DNA from: Myxococcota bacterium
GTDB lineage: Bacteria > Myxococcota_A > UBA796 > SXON01
Reading direction: 5' to 3'
DNA: 64,000 nt
NCBI GenBank assembly: GCA_040386535.1
Contig: JAZKFH010000057.1
Span: 13,331-77,330, forward strand
Shown: piece by piece, positions 50,433 to 59,663 of the stretch
Layout of the letters: every line of letters starts with the position of its first letter
Position numbering within the stretch: the stretch's first letter is position 1
Position numbers and translations under genes: made by a program
Notes under the pieces: generated by a model
Seen by the model: only the letters and a program-made list of their open reading frames with translations
Database searches by the model: none
What the model was told of the DNA's origin: nothing

Positions 50433-51533
50433 TCACCGCACCTCCGTCCACCCCAACAGCTCCTCCTCCGCGTCGGGCAACCACGCCGCCGCCGCCTCGT
50501 CGCCCTGCACCCACTGCAGGAACGCGGTCGTGGTGGTCGCGATGATCGGATGCGACACGGTGTCGTCGAGGAACGGCGGGTCGCAGTCCTCGTAGGTCGA
50601 CACCATCCGGCAGATGTCCGAGAACGAGAAGTGGCCGGCGCCCTCGAGCTCGCCGAGCATGCGTGGCGTCGCGACGACCCCCTGGTACAGCGGCGTCACC
50701 TGGCTCGCCATCGGCGTGAGCGTGTCCAGACTGCCGCCGAGGAACAGGGTGGGGACGGCGATGTCCACGAGCCCGCCCACGAGCACCTCGTAGCCGGCCG
50801 GCGCCATCGGCACGGCCGCCCACACGCGTGGATCGCCGAGGTGCAGCTCGGTCTCCCCGGCGGCCGCCATCGCCTGGGCGAAGTCGTCGCAGAGCCAGGC
50901 GTCGTCGGCGGTCGCGCACCACTCCGCCGAGGCGGTCGCGTCCAACGTGGCGCCGGCCACGGCCAGCGTGGTGTACCCGCCGAACGAGTGCCCCGCGATC
51001 GCGTAGCCCGCGTCCGGATCGACACACCCCTCCAACAGGCCGCCCGGCGCGCCGGCCACGTCCACCAGCCAGTCGTAGGCGGCCACCGCGTCGACCGGGC
51101 GGCGCACGATCAGCTCCGCGCGGGAGCTGCTCGGGTCGAAGAACGTGTTGCCCGGGTGGTCCGGCGCCACCACGATCCAGCCGTGGGTGGCGAGGTGCTC
51201 GGTCAGGAAGATGCTCTGGTAGCGCAGCCCGCCGTTGCCGTGGGAGAACACGAGCACCGGCCGCGGAGCCGAACAATCCGGTACGCCGTCCTCGCGCGCG
51301 GTGCCTTCGAGAAAGTCGTCGTAGGCGTACACGTCCTCGTCCGCCGCGGACGCGGGAAACCACACCTGGACCGTGTAGGCGAGGCCCTCGGGATCAGCGG
51401 CCGTGGCCGCGCCGGTGAACGAGGCCTCCTCGGTGCCCGCGATGTGGGGCCCGACCGCATCGGGGGTGTACACGGGCGGCGGTTCGGCGTCCGTGTCGTC
51501 GGGCGGCGCGCAGGCGAGCAGGATCCACCACAT
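50433..51533 (-). CDS. Alpha/beta hydrolase lipoprotein (PAF-AH/dienelactone-hydrolase-like)
   Basis: MWWILLAC; FSHGNGG, HLATHGW, GHSFGG nucleophile elbow, GHFSFSD. Confidence 0.9.
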   Translation of the reverse strand: MWWILLACAPPDDTDAEPPPVYTPDAVGPHIAGTEEASFTGAATAADPEGLAYTVQVWFPASAADEDVYAYDDFLEGTAREDGVPDCSAPRPVLVFSHGNGGLRYQSIFLTEHLATHGWIVVAPDHPGNTFFDPSSSRAELIVRRPVDAVAAYDWLVDVAGAPGGLLEGCVDPDAGYAIAGHSFGGYTTLAVAGATLDATASAEWCATADDAWLCDDFAQAMAAAGETELHLGDPRVWAAVPMAPAGYEVLVGGLVDIAVPTLFLGGSLDTLTPMASQVTPLYQGVVATPRMLGELEGAGHFSFSDICRMVSTYEDCDPPFLDDTVSHPIIATTTTAFLQWVQGDEAAAAWLPDAEEELLGWTEVR

Positions 51534-51606
51534 GAAAACCTCCGGGCCCGGCTTATTGCGGCACCGCCCGCGACGTGGATAGGCGTGCGGCCAACCGGAG
51601 CCTCGT

Positions 51607-52356
51607 GTGCGCCCCACCACCATCGACGGCGTGCTCGCCGCGCTCGACCACCAGATCGCCGTCGCGCACGAGGCCGGGTCGCCCCTGGGCTACTTCCCGG
51701 CGCTCTACCGCAAGGTCACCCGGCGCATCCAGGTGGGTGTCGAGCAGGGCGAGTTCGAGGACAACCCCCGGATGGACCGGATGGACGTGATCTTCGCCAA
51801 CCGCTACCTCGACGCCTGCGCCGCGCGCGAGCTGGGGCGCGGGCCCACCGATTCGTGGAAGGTGTCGTTCAAGGCCGCCCACGCCTGGCCGCCCATCGTG
51901 CTCCAGCACCTGCTCCTCGGCATGAACGCCCACATCAACCTCGACCTCGGCATCGCCGCCGTCGAGACCGCCCCGGGCCAGGCGCTGCCGTCGTTCCAGA
52001 AGGACTTCAACCACATCAACGCCATCCTCGCCTCGCTGCTCGACGGCGTGAAGTCAGACCTCGAGGCCATCTGGCCCATGCTCGGCCAGCTCGACCGCGC
52101 CATCGGCACCACGGACGACGCGATCGTCAATTTCTCCATGGCCGAGGCGCGTAAGCAGGCGTGGGCGTTCGCCGAGCGGCTGGCCCACCTCCCCGCCGAT
52201 CAGCAGCCCGCGGCGATCGCGCGGCGTGACTGCGAGGTCGCGGCGTTCGGGCGGTATCTCTGGCGGCCCGGCTGGCTCGTCCAGGCGCCGTTGTGGCTGC
52301 TCCGCACCGCCGAGCGCGGCACGGTGCGCACCAAGATCGACCACCTCGCGAACTGA
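51607..52356 (+). CDS. DUF5995-like protein
   Basis: GYFPALYRKVT, FANRY, GMNAHINLDL and DFNHIN motifs. Confidence 0.85.
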   Translation: MRPTTIDGVLAALDHQIAVAHEAGSPLGYFPALYRKVTRRIQVGVEQGEFEDNPRMDRMDVIFANRYLDACAARELGRGPTDSWKVSFKAAHAWPPIVLQHLLLGMNAHINLDLGIAAVETAPGQALPSFQKDFNHINAILASLLDGVKSDLEAIWPMLGQLDRAIGTTDDAIVNFSMAEARKQAWAFAERLAHLPADQQPAAIARRDCEVAAFGRYLWRPGWLVQAPLWLLRTAERGTVRTKIDHLAN

Positions 52357-52398
52357 CCCACGCGGCCTTCGATCCGCGCCGGAACGGTCAGCGCCTCT

Positions 52399-53643
52399 TC
52401 AGGGCCCGTCGAGCTCCGCGCGCACCTTCCCCGGCCGTTCGAGGAGGAAATCGAGCACGTCGTCCGCGCTGCACGGGATCTCCGCGCGCAGATCGGCGTG
52501 GCAGTCCGTCGCCACGGCCGCCACCGTGCGGTTCGTGAAGCCCAGCAGATCCTCCTGCGACCACGCCGTGAGCACGTCCTCGATGTGTTGATACAGTCGC
52601 ATCCGGCACGCCGGGCTCTCGCCGCACCGCTCGACCAGCTCGCCCTCCCAGCCCCCGTCGAGCGGCACGTTCACGTCGGTGAACGCCTGGTCCTGCCCCC
52701 ACGGCACGAAGTGCCACCGGTTTGCTTCGGGCGCGTGGTACAGCAGGTAGTTGTTGGCCGCGCGGGTGTAGGCGTCCCAGTTTCCAGCCACCAGATCGAC
52801 CGCCAGCGCCGTGAGGAGCCCGTCCACGTCGAAGTGTTGCTCGAGCACCGGGAGGAACGTCGCGGGCGTGCTCTCCTCGAGCACGTCGATGATGGCCTCG
52901 ATGTCCGTGGGCGCCGTCGGCACGCCCGCCTCCTGCACTTCGAACGCCCCGTGTCCGTGGTGCAGGTCGGCGCCGTAGCCGCCCTCGTACATGTTTCCTT
53001 CGTCGTCGTTCCCCCAGTGCCGGTCGATGAACTGTTGGTCCATGCTCTCGACCAGCCCGTAGAGCCCGTACACCTGCTCGTTGATCGTGAGGCGGACATA
53101 GCCGTGGCGCGGCGTCGGCACGCCGAGGCTCCGGTACAGGTGGTACACCACGTGCTCCTTCACCATCGACTTGTCCTGCAGCATGTTGTTCAACGTCAGG
53201 CGTCGCAGGCCGAAGAACCGCTGGTGCGGCCGCCACTCGTGCACGTCGATCTTGAGCGACGGTTTCCCCGCGAACGTCCGCAGCGTCCGGTTTCCTTTCA
53301 ACCGCACCCCCACGCTCCAGCTCTCCGCCCCGAACGTGAGCGTCCCGTGCACGTCCGTGTCCGGATCGGCCTCCAACGCCGCCATGTCGGCCGGCGCGAC
53401 CGTGAGCCCCAGCTCGTGGATGCTGCCCTCCTCCCACAAGAACTCCGACAGCGCCGGGTCCTCGTCCGGCCCGGGCGCGCCCTCCTCGAAAGGCCCGAGC
53501 GCGGCGTCTGCCGCCGGCTTCTCCCCCTCGTAGCGGGGCCGGGGCGCGTCTCCCACGGACTCCACCCCACCGCCCTCGTCGCCCCCGCCATCCCCTCCGG
53601 AGGGGCCCTGGCATCCGATCCCCAACATCCACAGCAGCGCCAC
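52399..53643 (-). CDS. cotH: CotH kinase family lipoprotein
   Basis: VGVRLKG, RLTLNNMLQD, GNMYE, NWDAY..NNY and PWGQD motifs; close paralog of 33251-34525. Confidence 0.85.
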   Translation of the reverse strand: MALLWMLGIGCQGPSGGDGGGDEGGGVESVGDAPRPRYEGEKPAADAALGPFEEGAPGPDEDPALSEFLWEEGSIHELGLTVAPADMAALEADPDTDVHGTLTFGAESWSVGVRLKGNRTLRTFAGKPSLKIDVHEWRPHQRFFGLRRLTLNNMLQDKSMVKEHVVYHLYRSLGVPTPRHGYVRLTINEQVYGLYGLVESMDQQFIDRHWGNDDEGNMYEGGYGADLHHGHGAFEVQEAGVPTAPTDIEAIIDVLEESTPATFLPVLEQHFDVDGLLTALAVDLVAGNWDAYTRAANNYLLYHAPEANRWHFVPWGQDQAFTDVNVPLDGGWEGELVERCGESPACRMRLYQHIEDVLTAWSQEDLLGFTNRTVAAVATDCHADLRAEIPCSADDVLDFLLERPGKVRAELDGP

Positions 53644-53767
53644 GGTCCACCCCGATCCGTGCTGGTGAAGCTAGAGCCGAGGAGGTACGCCGATTGTCAT
53701 TTCTGGGCGGGCTGGGGTGCCCCGGCTTCGCCGTCGCCCTCCGCCGCGGTCGGCGCGGGGCGCGCCT

Positions 53768-53967
53768 CCGTCCTCCCTGCGGTCGGACCGGCCGAAGACG
53801 GCCGCGCTCTGTCCGGCTGGCACGGGGTGACGGTCGAGACCTGTGGCCGTGCGGCCGCGCCCAGCAGACGTGAGCGGGCGACGGGAGGGAATGACGGTCA
53901 CGCTCACCGTCCTCCCTGCGGTCGGACCGGCCGAGGCGGCCGCGCTCTGTCCGGCTGGCACGGGGTG
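53768..53967. repeat. Two direct copies of a ~61-bp unit, 139 bp apart
   Basis: CCGTCCTCCCTGCGGTCGGACCGGCCGA..GGCCGCGCTCTGTCCGGCTGGCACGGGGTG at 53768 and 53907. Confidence 0.85.
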
Positions 53968-54123
53968 GTGGTGGGGGCCCGCGTGCAGCGTCGTTACGCG
54001 TGGGCGGGTTGTGGCATCGGGTGCTCCATCCCCGGGAGATCAGGACCCGGTCGCCGGATGGTGTACCGCTGACGAGCGGAGATGCTTCACGCGTGCCGGT
54101 CGGCGAGCGGGCGGGAAGGACAA

Positions 54124-54271
54124 CCGTTCGAAGTGAAGGGATGTGAACGCATCCGTCGACCTCGGACGGACATACCGGCCGAGGTGAGGGGTAAGGCAGG
54201 AATCCCTTCACTTCGGCCGGATATACCGTCCGAAGTGACGGGATGGGATCGCATCCGTCGACCTCGGACGG
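54124..54271. repeat. Array of three 46-bp hairpin units with a 51-bp period; middle unit inverted
   Basis: Units start at 54124, 54175 and 54226; CCGTCCGAAGTG..GGGATG-N6-CATCC..CTCGGACGG; 5-bp A(C/T)ATA linkers. Confidence 0.85.
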
Positions 54272-54494
54272 TCCCCCCACACCCGCCCGTTCGGGCCGGG
54301 TCGAACGCGCCGGATGCGACGGCCATGCCTATGCACTTCGTCAGCGCTCGAGTGCGAGCGCATCCAGGGCGGGTCCATACCCCCCTCAACGCGGCTAAAT
54401 CGGAGTCATGCCACCATGAACGCCGCTAAATGTAGTTCATTTCCGTCAAGTCAGGGCTTCCCACGGCCGGATGGATTCAGCAAGGGGGCGGGTC

Positions 54495-54932
54495 CTACTC
54501 CTCGGACTTGAAGAAGGACGGGTCCACCGCAGGCTGCTCGGTCGGCGTCATCACCCGGAGCACGGGCTTAGCCGGCGGCGCCTCCTTGGTGCCGAGCGGG
54601 CGGCAGACCACCACCGCCGGTTGCGTGTCCGAAGGGCGGCCCGCCATCGCCGACGCGGTGGCCTGGAAAATCGAGGTGACCTCGGTCGTTCCCATGGGCG
54701 TCCAACCCCGCGGCATGCGCGTCGGGTAGAGCGACAGGTTGGAATGGTCCTGCGCGGCCCGTGTGACCTCGTCCTGCTTGTAGACCGGGTAGGCGAGCGG
54801 CACTGCCATGCAGTCGTACTGGATGCCGTCAGGCTGGGGGCGGAAGAAGTTCCCTTCTGCCCCGAATGCCATTCCGGCAACGGCCGCAATCGTGACCGCC
54901 ACTCCGCCTCCGAATGCGATTGAAGAGCGCAC
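54495..54932 (-). CDS. Small secreted hypothetical protein (element cargo)
   Basis: GTG after GGAGG; hydrophobic N-terminus; two Cys; GWTPMG. Confidence 0.6.
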   Translation of the reverse strand: MRSSIAFGGGVAVTIAAVAGMAFGAEGNFFRPQPDGIQYDCMAVPLAYPVYKQDEVTRAAQDHSNLSLYPTRMPRGWTPMGTTEVTSIFQATASAMAGRPSDTQPAVVVCRPLGTKEAPPAKPVLRVMTPTEQPAVDPSFFKSEE

Positions 54933-55063
54933 GCAACCTCCAGACGCGCATGGTCCCTGATCGCCCGGTGCTCCGCAAGGGTTGCTGCGTGCATGGTTCC
55001 GCACAGCCTCGCAGTCATCGGGGCGCTCTTTCGACATCCGCCACCCCGTAGCTCGAGGCCCCC

Positions 55064-55309
55064 ATGCACCCCGATCCCGCTCGCTCTCCCGCCTGGTACG
55101 GCAAGCCCTTCACCCTCGCGTTCCCCGTCGGGATCATCGCGGTAGTGGCCTTCATCGTCGTCGGGGCGATCACGGCCGGCGGCGTCGGCATCGCCACGCG
55201 CACGGGCGACCTCTCCGCGATGGACGACCGGGTCACCACAGAACCAAGGGCGTTTTTCGGCAGCCCGCGGGCCGTCGCAGCCTGGATCCGTGCATTCAAC
55301 CAGACATGA
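55064..55309 (+). pseudogene. 5' fragment of a membrane-protein gene, cut at the cargo junction and reading into the element
   Basis: GAGG RBS; TM segment FPVGIIAVVAFIVVGAI; from about 55232 the frame reads element sequence (TEPRAFFGS..). Confidence 0.55.
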
Positions 55310-55569
55310 CTCCGTGCCGCATGCATTCATGGGGACATGACCTACGACCCTGCGGTCGGACGCTCACGGCGGCCCGCGATCCGGGAATCGGCGGTGGGCT
55401 CGGAAACCTCGGGAGCGACGGCCCGCTAATCTGCACGGGGCCTGATTAAAGTGTTTAAGCATTACGACGGACCCTCCCGAGTTCGTCCTCACCGAGCCCC
55501 CTCTTCCGCACGTGCCGCCCCCCATGGCGCCCGACGGCGCCGCCATGGCGCCCGCCGCCGCCCGCATCG

Positions 55570-55703
55570 CCGCGCCAGGCGCCCGGAGGTCGGCCGCCCG
55601 TCCTCGGGCGGCCGGTCCCCGCCGTCCGCGGCGGGACCGAGCGGCTTCGCCGCGAGACTGGAGGGGGCCGACGGGGCCGCGTCCTCGCGGCCCCGGGGCG
55701 CCC
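55570..55703 (-). repeat. Multi-hairpin intergenic repeat, family H, copy 4
   Basis: Reverse complement GGGCGCCCC..GTCGGCCCCCTCCAGTCTCG..CTCGGTCC..GGACCGGCCGC..CCGGGCGCCTGGCGCGG. Confidence 0.75.
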
Positions 55704-55739
55704 GTGACCTTCCCCCACCCCGCCGTCGCGCCCCCCGAT

Positions 55740-56414
55740 TCACAGCCCCCGCAGCGCCAACCACGACCGCCACCGCCACGGCCGGTCCACCCGCGCCTTG
55801 AACCCCGGCGTGTACGCCGTCGAGGCGAGGGCCTCCTCCCAGTGCGCGTGCGCCGTCTTCTTGTCACCCGTGCCCGCGGCGGCCTTCCCGGCCTTGAACC
55901 ACGCCTCCGCGCTGGAGCTGTGCACCACGGTGGCCCGCTCGTAGGCCGCGAGCGCGGCGGCGTGTTGGCCCTGGCCCAGGTAGTGGTCGCCCAGCCGGAC
56001 CAGGGGCTCGCCGAACCGCAGGTCCTTCCGCAGCGTCAGGGCGCGCTCGATCGAGGCCCGTCCCGCCTCGGTCTCCCCCAGCTCGAGCTGCGCCACCCCG
56101 AGATGGTAGTGGGGCAACGCGAGCTCGGGGTGACGACGCACCACGTCGTCGAGCACGACCTTCGCCTCGGCCGGCCGCCGCTTCGCGAGGAGCCCGCCGA
56201 GCTCGGTGCGGTGGTCCACGTGGTGCGGGTTCATGCCGATCTCGGCGCGGAGCCGGCGGATCCTCGCCCATGTGCGGAACGGCGCGCGCGGATCGGGCAC
56301 ACGCCCCAGCCACAACGTGCCGCCGCCGAACCAGAGCGCGGCCACCACGGCGATCCCGAGGAGCGGGCTGCCCGTGAGCTGCGACACCACGATGTAGGTG
56401 AACCACGTCTTCAT
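55740..56414 (-). CDS. TPR-repeat membrane protein
   Basis: N-terminal TM; HYHLG, GEPLVRLG and AEAWFKAG TPR helices. Confidence 0.85.
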   Translation of the reverse strand: MKTWFTYIVVSQLTGSPLLGIAVVAALWFGGGTLWLGRVPDPRAPFRTWARIRRLRAEIGMNPHHVDHRTELGGLLAKRRPAEAKVVLDDVVRRHPELALPHYHLGVAQLELGETEAGRASIERALTLRKDLRFGEPLVRLGDHYLGQGQHAAALAAYERATVVHSSSAEAWFKAGKAAAGTGDKKTAHAHWEEALASTAYTPGFKARVDRPWRWRSWLALRGL

Positions 56415-56453
56415 CGCGCGCCGAGCCTATCCGAAGCGCCCGTCGCCGCCGCC

Positions 56454-57161
56454 TCACGAGCAGGAAAACGTCCCCTCCCGCAGCGCGCAGGTGAGCTCCG
56501 TCGAGGCCACCACCTCGCCGTCCTCGCCGTGCGACTCCTGGTGCACGATCGCGGTGCCCGGGGCCTCGAAGCGCACCTCCGCGCTCCCGCCCCAGGCGCC
56601 GTCGGTCCACTCTACGATGCCGATGGCCTCGCGCAGCTTGCCGTCCTGGTACGACAGCCACGACGTGGGATACGACCCGCAGCTGTCCTGCCCGAGCGCC
56701 ACGCGCAGCAGCGGCACGCCGGCCACCTCGGCCGTGACCAGCGACCACTCGCCCAGGTACGGGTCCTCGTAGGGCACGATCGTCAGGCGCTGCACGTGTT
56801 CGCCCTCGCGCAGCCAGGTCACGCTGTGGCCGTCCGCGTTCCGGGCCACCACGATGCGCTCCTCGACGCCGTCGCCGTCGAGGTCCGCGATGCGCCCCAT
56901 CGTCGAGAGCAGCTCGCGCGACACGAACCCCGTGGTGCTGCCCATGCGCACCTCGACCCGGTCGCCGTACTGCTCGACGACCGTGACCCGCGTGCCCGCG
57001 GGGAGCCGCCGGATCACCGGCGCGTCCGTCGCGAGGCTGGCGCGGAGGTTGACCAGCGCGCCGGCCGTCCACGTGACCGTGCCCTCGGGCAGGTCGTAGT
57101 CGTGCGACAGGTCGTGGACGGTGGCGGCCGAGGCGAGCGAGGCGAGCAGGAGAGGGAGCAT
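56454..57161 (-). CDS. Secreted SH3b-domain protein
   Basis: MLPLLLASLASAA; VNLRAS..APVIRRLPAGTRVTV..GFVSRELL. Confidence 0.8.
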   Translation of the reverse strand: MLPLLLASLASAATVHDLSHDYDLPEGTVTWTAGALVNLRASLATDAPVIRRLPAGTRVTVVEQYGDRVEVRMGSTTGFVSRELLSTMGRIADLDGDGVEERIVVARNADGHSVTWLREGEHVQRLTIVPYEDPYLGEWSLVTAEVAGVPLLRVALGQDSCGSYPTSWLSYQDGKLREAIGIVEWTDGAWGGSAEVRFEAPGTAIVHQESHGEDGEVVASTELTCALREGTFSCS

Positions 57162-57182
57162 GTGGACCTCGCGCCCCTCGAT

Positions 57183-57198
57183 TGCATCGGGCGTGCCA
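57183..57198 (-). promoter_or_regulatory. sigma54 (-24/-12) promoter of the SH3 gene
   Basis: Minus strand TGGCACGCCCGATGCA, about 21 nt before the ATG, with a GAGG RBS between. Confidence 0.6.
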
Positions 57199-57830
57199 CG
57201 GCCGGAAATACTCGTTGTTCCGGCATTGTGTTGATACATGCCCCCCGGCGCCGGCGCCGACCGCCGCCCTGGATTGCACCGCCTCTATCGTCGATAGATC
57301 GGGGCCTCCCGCCCCCCGCGCTACACTCTTCTGCGGCACCGGGGTCGCCGTGCCCGGCGTCCCCTTCACGTGCGGCTCCAACATCGACGACTGGTCGAGG
57401 ACCCCTCGTGCACCGTCAAGGACGGCGGCGCGTGCGTCATCAAGTCCGAGAAGATCGCCAACCAGTAGCGCCGGAGCCGACCCAGGGCAGACGGAGCGCG
57501 AGGACGCGCCCGCTGCGGGGCGGGAGTGCCGGGTGCGGGCGGCGTGGCGGCGGGCTCCTCGGTTCGGGTGGGGCGCGCGGAACGTCCGACGGCACCTGGA
57601 GTCCAGCACATCGTGTGTAGACAATCGTGTGGCGTTAGTGTTCGGTGGCTCTTGGTTGGGGCCAGGGGGGGTGAACCCGCGTGTCGGTGCGCCATGCGCC
57701 GAGGCGGGCGCCACCCACGAGGTCGAGCGCTGCCAATGTGTGGCCCGCCTCGTGGACACCGGCCCCCAGTCGAGCAGGCCCCACGTCAGGACGCGCCGAA
57801 CTCGCCGGACGAGGCGCCAGACTGCGCTCC

Positions 57831-58154
57831 GCCTTGAGTACGAGCGCGTCGAGGTCCGGGTCATGCCCCCTTCAACGCCGCTAAATCTGGGTCATGCCAC
57901 CATGAACGCCGCCAACCACAGCCCATGCTCGTCAACTCAGGGCTGCCCGCGGCTGCTACCACGGAACCAAGGGCTTTTTCTGACAGCCCGCGGGCCGTCG
58001 TCGCCTGGATCCGAGCATTCAACCCGGCATGACTCCGTGCCGCGTGCATTCATGCTGACATGACCCTGCGGTCGGGCCCCCGCGGCGGCCCGCGATTGGG
58101 GGGGCGTCTGCTGTTGGGTCGGGAAATCCGGGAGCGACGGCCTGCTTCTGCACG
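57831..58154 (-). mobile_element. Four-box element, empty copy D (ends eroded)
   Basis: Boxes at 57860, 57891, 58015 and 58046; 105-bp core; no recognisable TIRs. Confidence 0.7.
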
Positions 58155-58245
58155 TGCATTCGCGGATCCAAGCGCCGATCGGCCACAAGGTGGGGTACCT
58201 GGCGCAGGTCCCCTCATGAGTGGCGGATCGGCGCGCGGAGGCGGT

Positions 58246-58404
58246 ACCTGCTCCCCAGGTCCCCCCTCGGTAGCCGCCCGGCGGCCACCCACCTGCTCCC
58301 CAGGTCCCCCCTCGGTAGCCGCCCGGCGGCCACGCACCTGCTCCCCAGGTCCCCCCTCGGTAGCCGCCCGGCGGCCACCCACCTGCTCCCCAGGTCCCCC
58401 TCGG
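58246..58404. repeat. 45-bp tandem repeat, about 3.5 copies
   Basis: ACCTGCTCCCCAGGTCCCCCCTCGGTAGCCGCCCGGCGGCCAC(C/G)C at 58246, 58291, 58336, partial at 58381. Confidence 0.95.
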
Positions 58405-58434
58405 CGCCCGCGGGCTCGACCCGAACCCCACCCG

Positions 58435-58490
58435 CCCCGGCGGCCGCGGTCGGCGCCTCGCCGGGCACCGCGGCCCACGCCGGTCGCCCA
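58435..58490. repeat. GC-rich intergenic repeat, family J, copy 2
   Basis: Matches 34627-34711 except for a ~31-bp internal segment. Confidence 0.55.
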
Positions 58491-58502
58491 GACATCCCGC
58501 CC

Positions 58503-59663
58503 TCAACCCCCCAACGCCCGCACCACCCGCGCCCGCTCCTCCGTCGTGAGGAACGGATGCACGGGCAGCGAGAGCCCGCGCGCCGCCGCGTCCTCCGCGA
58601 CCGGGAACTGGCCCCGCCGCCAGCCCGCGTCCGCGAACGTCGGCGACAGGTGCACGGGCGTGGCGTACTCGACCTTCGTCTCGACGCCCGCGCGCAACAT
58701 CCGCGCCTTTACCGCGTCGCGATCGGGCACGCGCACGACGAAGCTGTACCACGCGCTCTGCACCCCGGCCGCGGGCAACACCGCGTCCCGACCCGCGAAC
58801 ACTCCAAGATAAAACGCCGCGTTCGCCGCCCGCCTCAGCCGCCACTCCTCCAGGTGCGGCAACCGCGCCGTCAGCACCGCCGCCCCGAGGGGGTCCGTGT
58901 ACGACGGCGTTCGCGCCGCGCGCAGCACGACCGGATCGCCGCCCTCGGGATCGCGCGCCGTGTCGCACCGGGCGGCCAGCGCCGCGTCGTCGGTCACGAT
59001 CATGCCGCCGTTCCCCGCCCCGCCGAGCGGCTTGGACGCGAAGAACGAGAAACACCCGGTCGGCCCCAGCGGCACGCGCCGGCCCGCGAGCGAGGCGCCA
59101 TGGGCCTGGGCGCAGTCCTCGATGACGGGGATCCCCAGCGTCAGCAGCGGCGCCACCTCCGCGAGGTGGCCGTGCATGTGCACCGGCACGATCGCCCGCG
59201 TGCGCGGCGTGATGGCCGCGATGACCGGCGCCGCGCGCAGGCACAGGTCGGCCGGGTCGGGGTCCACCAGCACCGCGCGGGCGCCGGTGTTGCGGATGGC
59301 GAGCACCGTCGCGAGGAAGGTGTGCGCGGAGGTGATGACCTCGTCGCCCGGGCCCACGCCCGCGGCCACCAGCGCGATCTGGAGCGCCGCCGTGCCCGAC
59401 GCCGTGCCGACGCCGTGGCGACGCCCGCACCAGCCCGCGAACGTCGTCTCCCACCGCTTGCCGAGCCGCCAGAGCTCGAACGTGGACCGCGCCGCCAGCA
59501 CCCGCGAGAGCTCGGCGGCGAGCTCGTCCTTCACCGCGGCGTTGTGGCGGTCGAAGCCCTCGTAGCCGACAACCGCGTGGGCGTAGGCCTCGCCGGCGAG
59601 ATCGAGCGCGGGCGCGAAGCGACGGTAGTGGCGCAGGACGAGGCGCTTGAGGAGGCTAGCCAT
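58503..59663 (-). CDS. DegT/DnrJ/EryC1/StrS PLP-dependent sugar aminotransferase
   Basis: SGTAAL, GPGDEVI, PVHMHG, EDCAQAHG and FSFFASK (PLP Lys) motifs. Confidence 0.92.
   Translation of the reverse strand: MASLLKRLVLRHYRRFAPALDLAGEAYAHAVVGYEGFDRHNAAVKDELAAELSRVLAARSTFELWRLGKRWETTFAGWCGRRHGVGTASGTAALQIALVAAGVGPGDEVITSAHTFLATVLAIRNTGARAVLVDPDPADLCLRAAPVIAAITPRTRAIVPVHMHGHLAEVAPLLTLGIPVIEDCAQAHGASLAGRRVPLGPTGCFSFFASKPLGGAGNGGMIVTDDAALAARCDTARDPEGGDPVVLRAARTPSYTDPLGAAVLTARLPHLEEWRLRRAANAAFYLGVFAGRDAVLPAAGVQSAWYSFVVRVPDRDAVKARMLRAGVETKVEYATPVHLSPTFADAGWRRGQFPVAEDAAARGLSLPVHPFLTTEERARVVRALGG

Larger units (their letters stand above)
54325..55462 (-). mobile_element. Four-box element, cargo-filled copy (left half 54325-54467, cargo ~54468-55230, right half ~55231-55462)
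   Basis: The two halves join to rebuild the reverse complement of copy A; ends ATGCCTATGCACTT / AAGTGTTTAAGCAT; flanks TGCGACGGCC vs TACGACGGAC (8/10). Confidence 0.75.

Noticed and set aside
57240..57830. Possible gene or remnant between the SH3 gene and element copy D
   Set aside because: No frame has a convincing start, codon pattern or motif.
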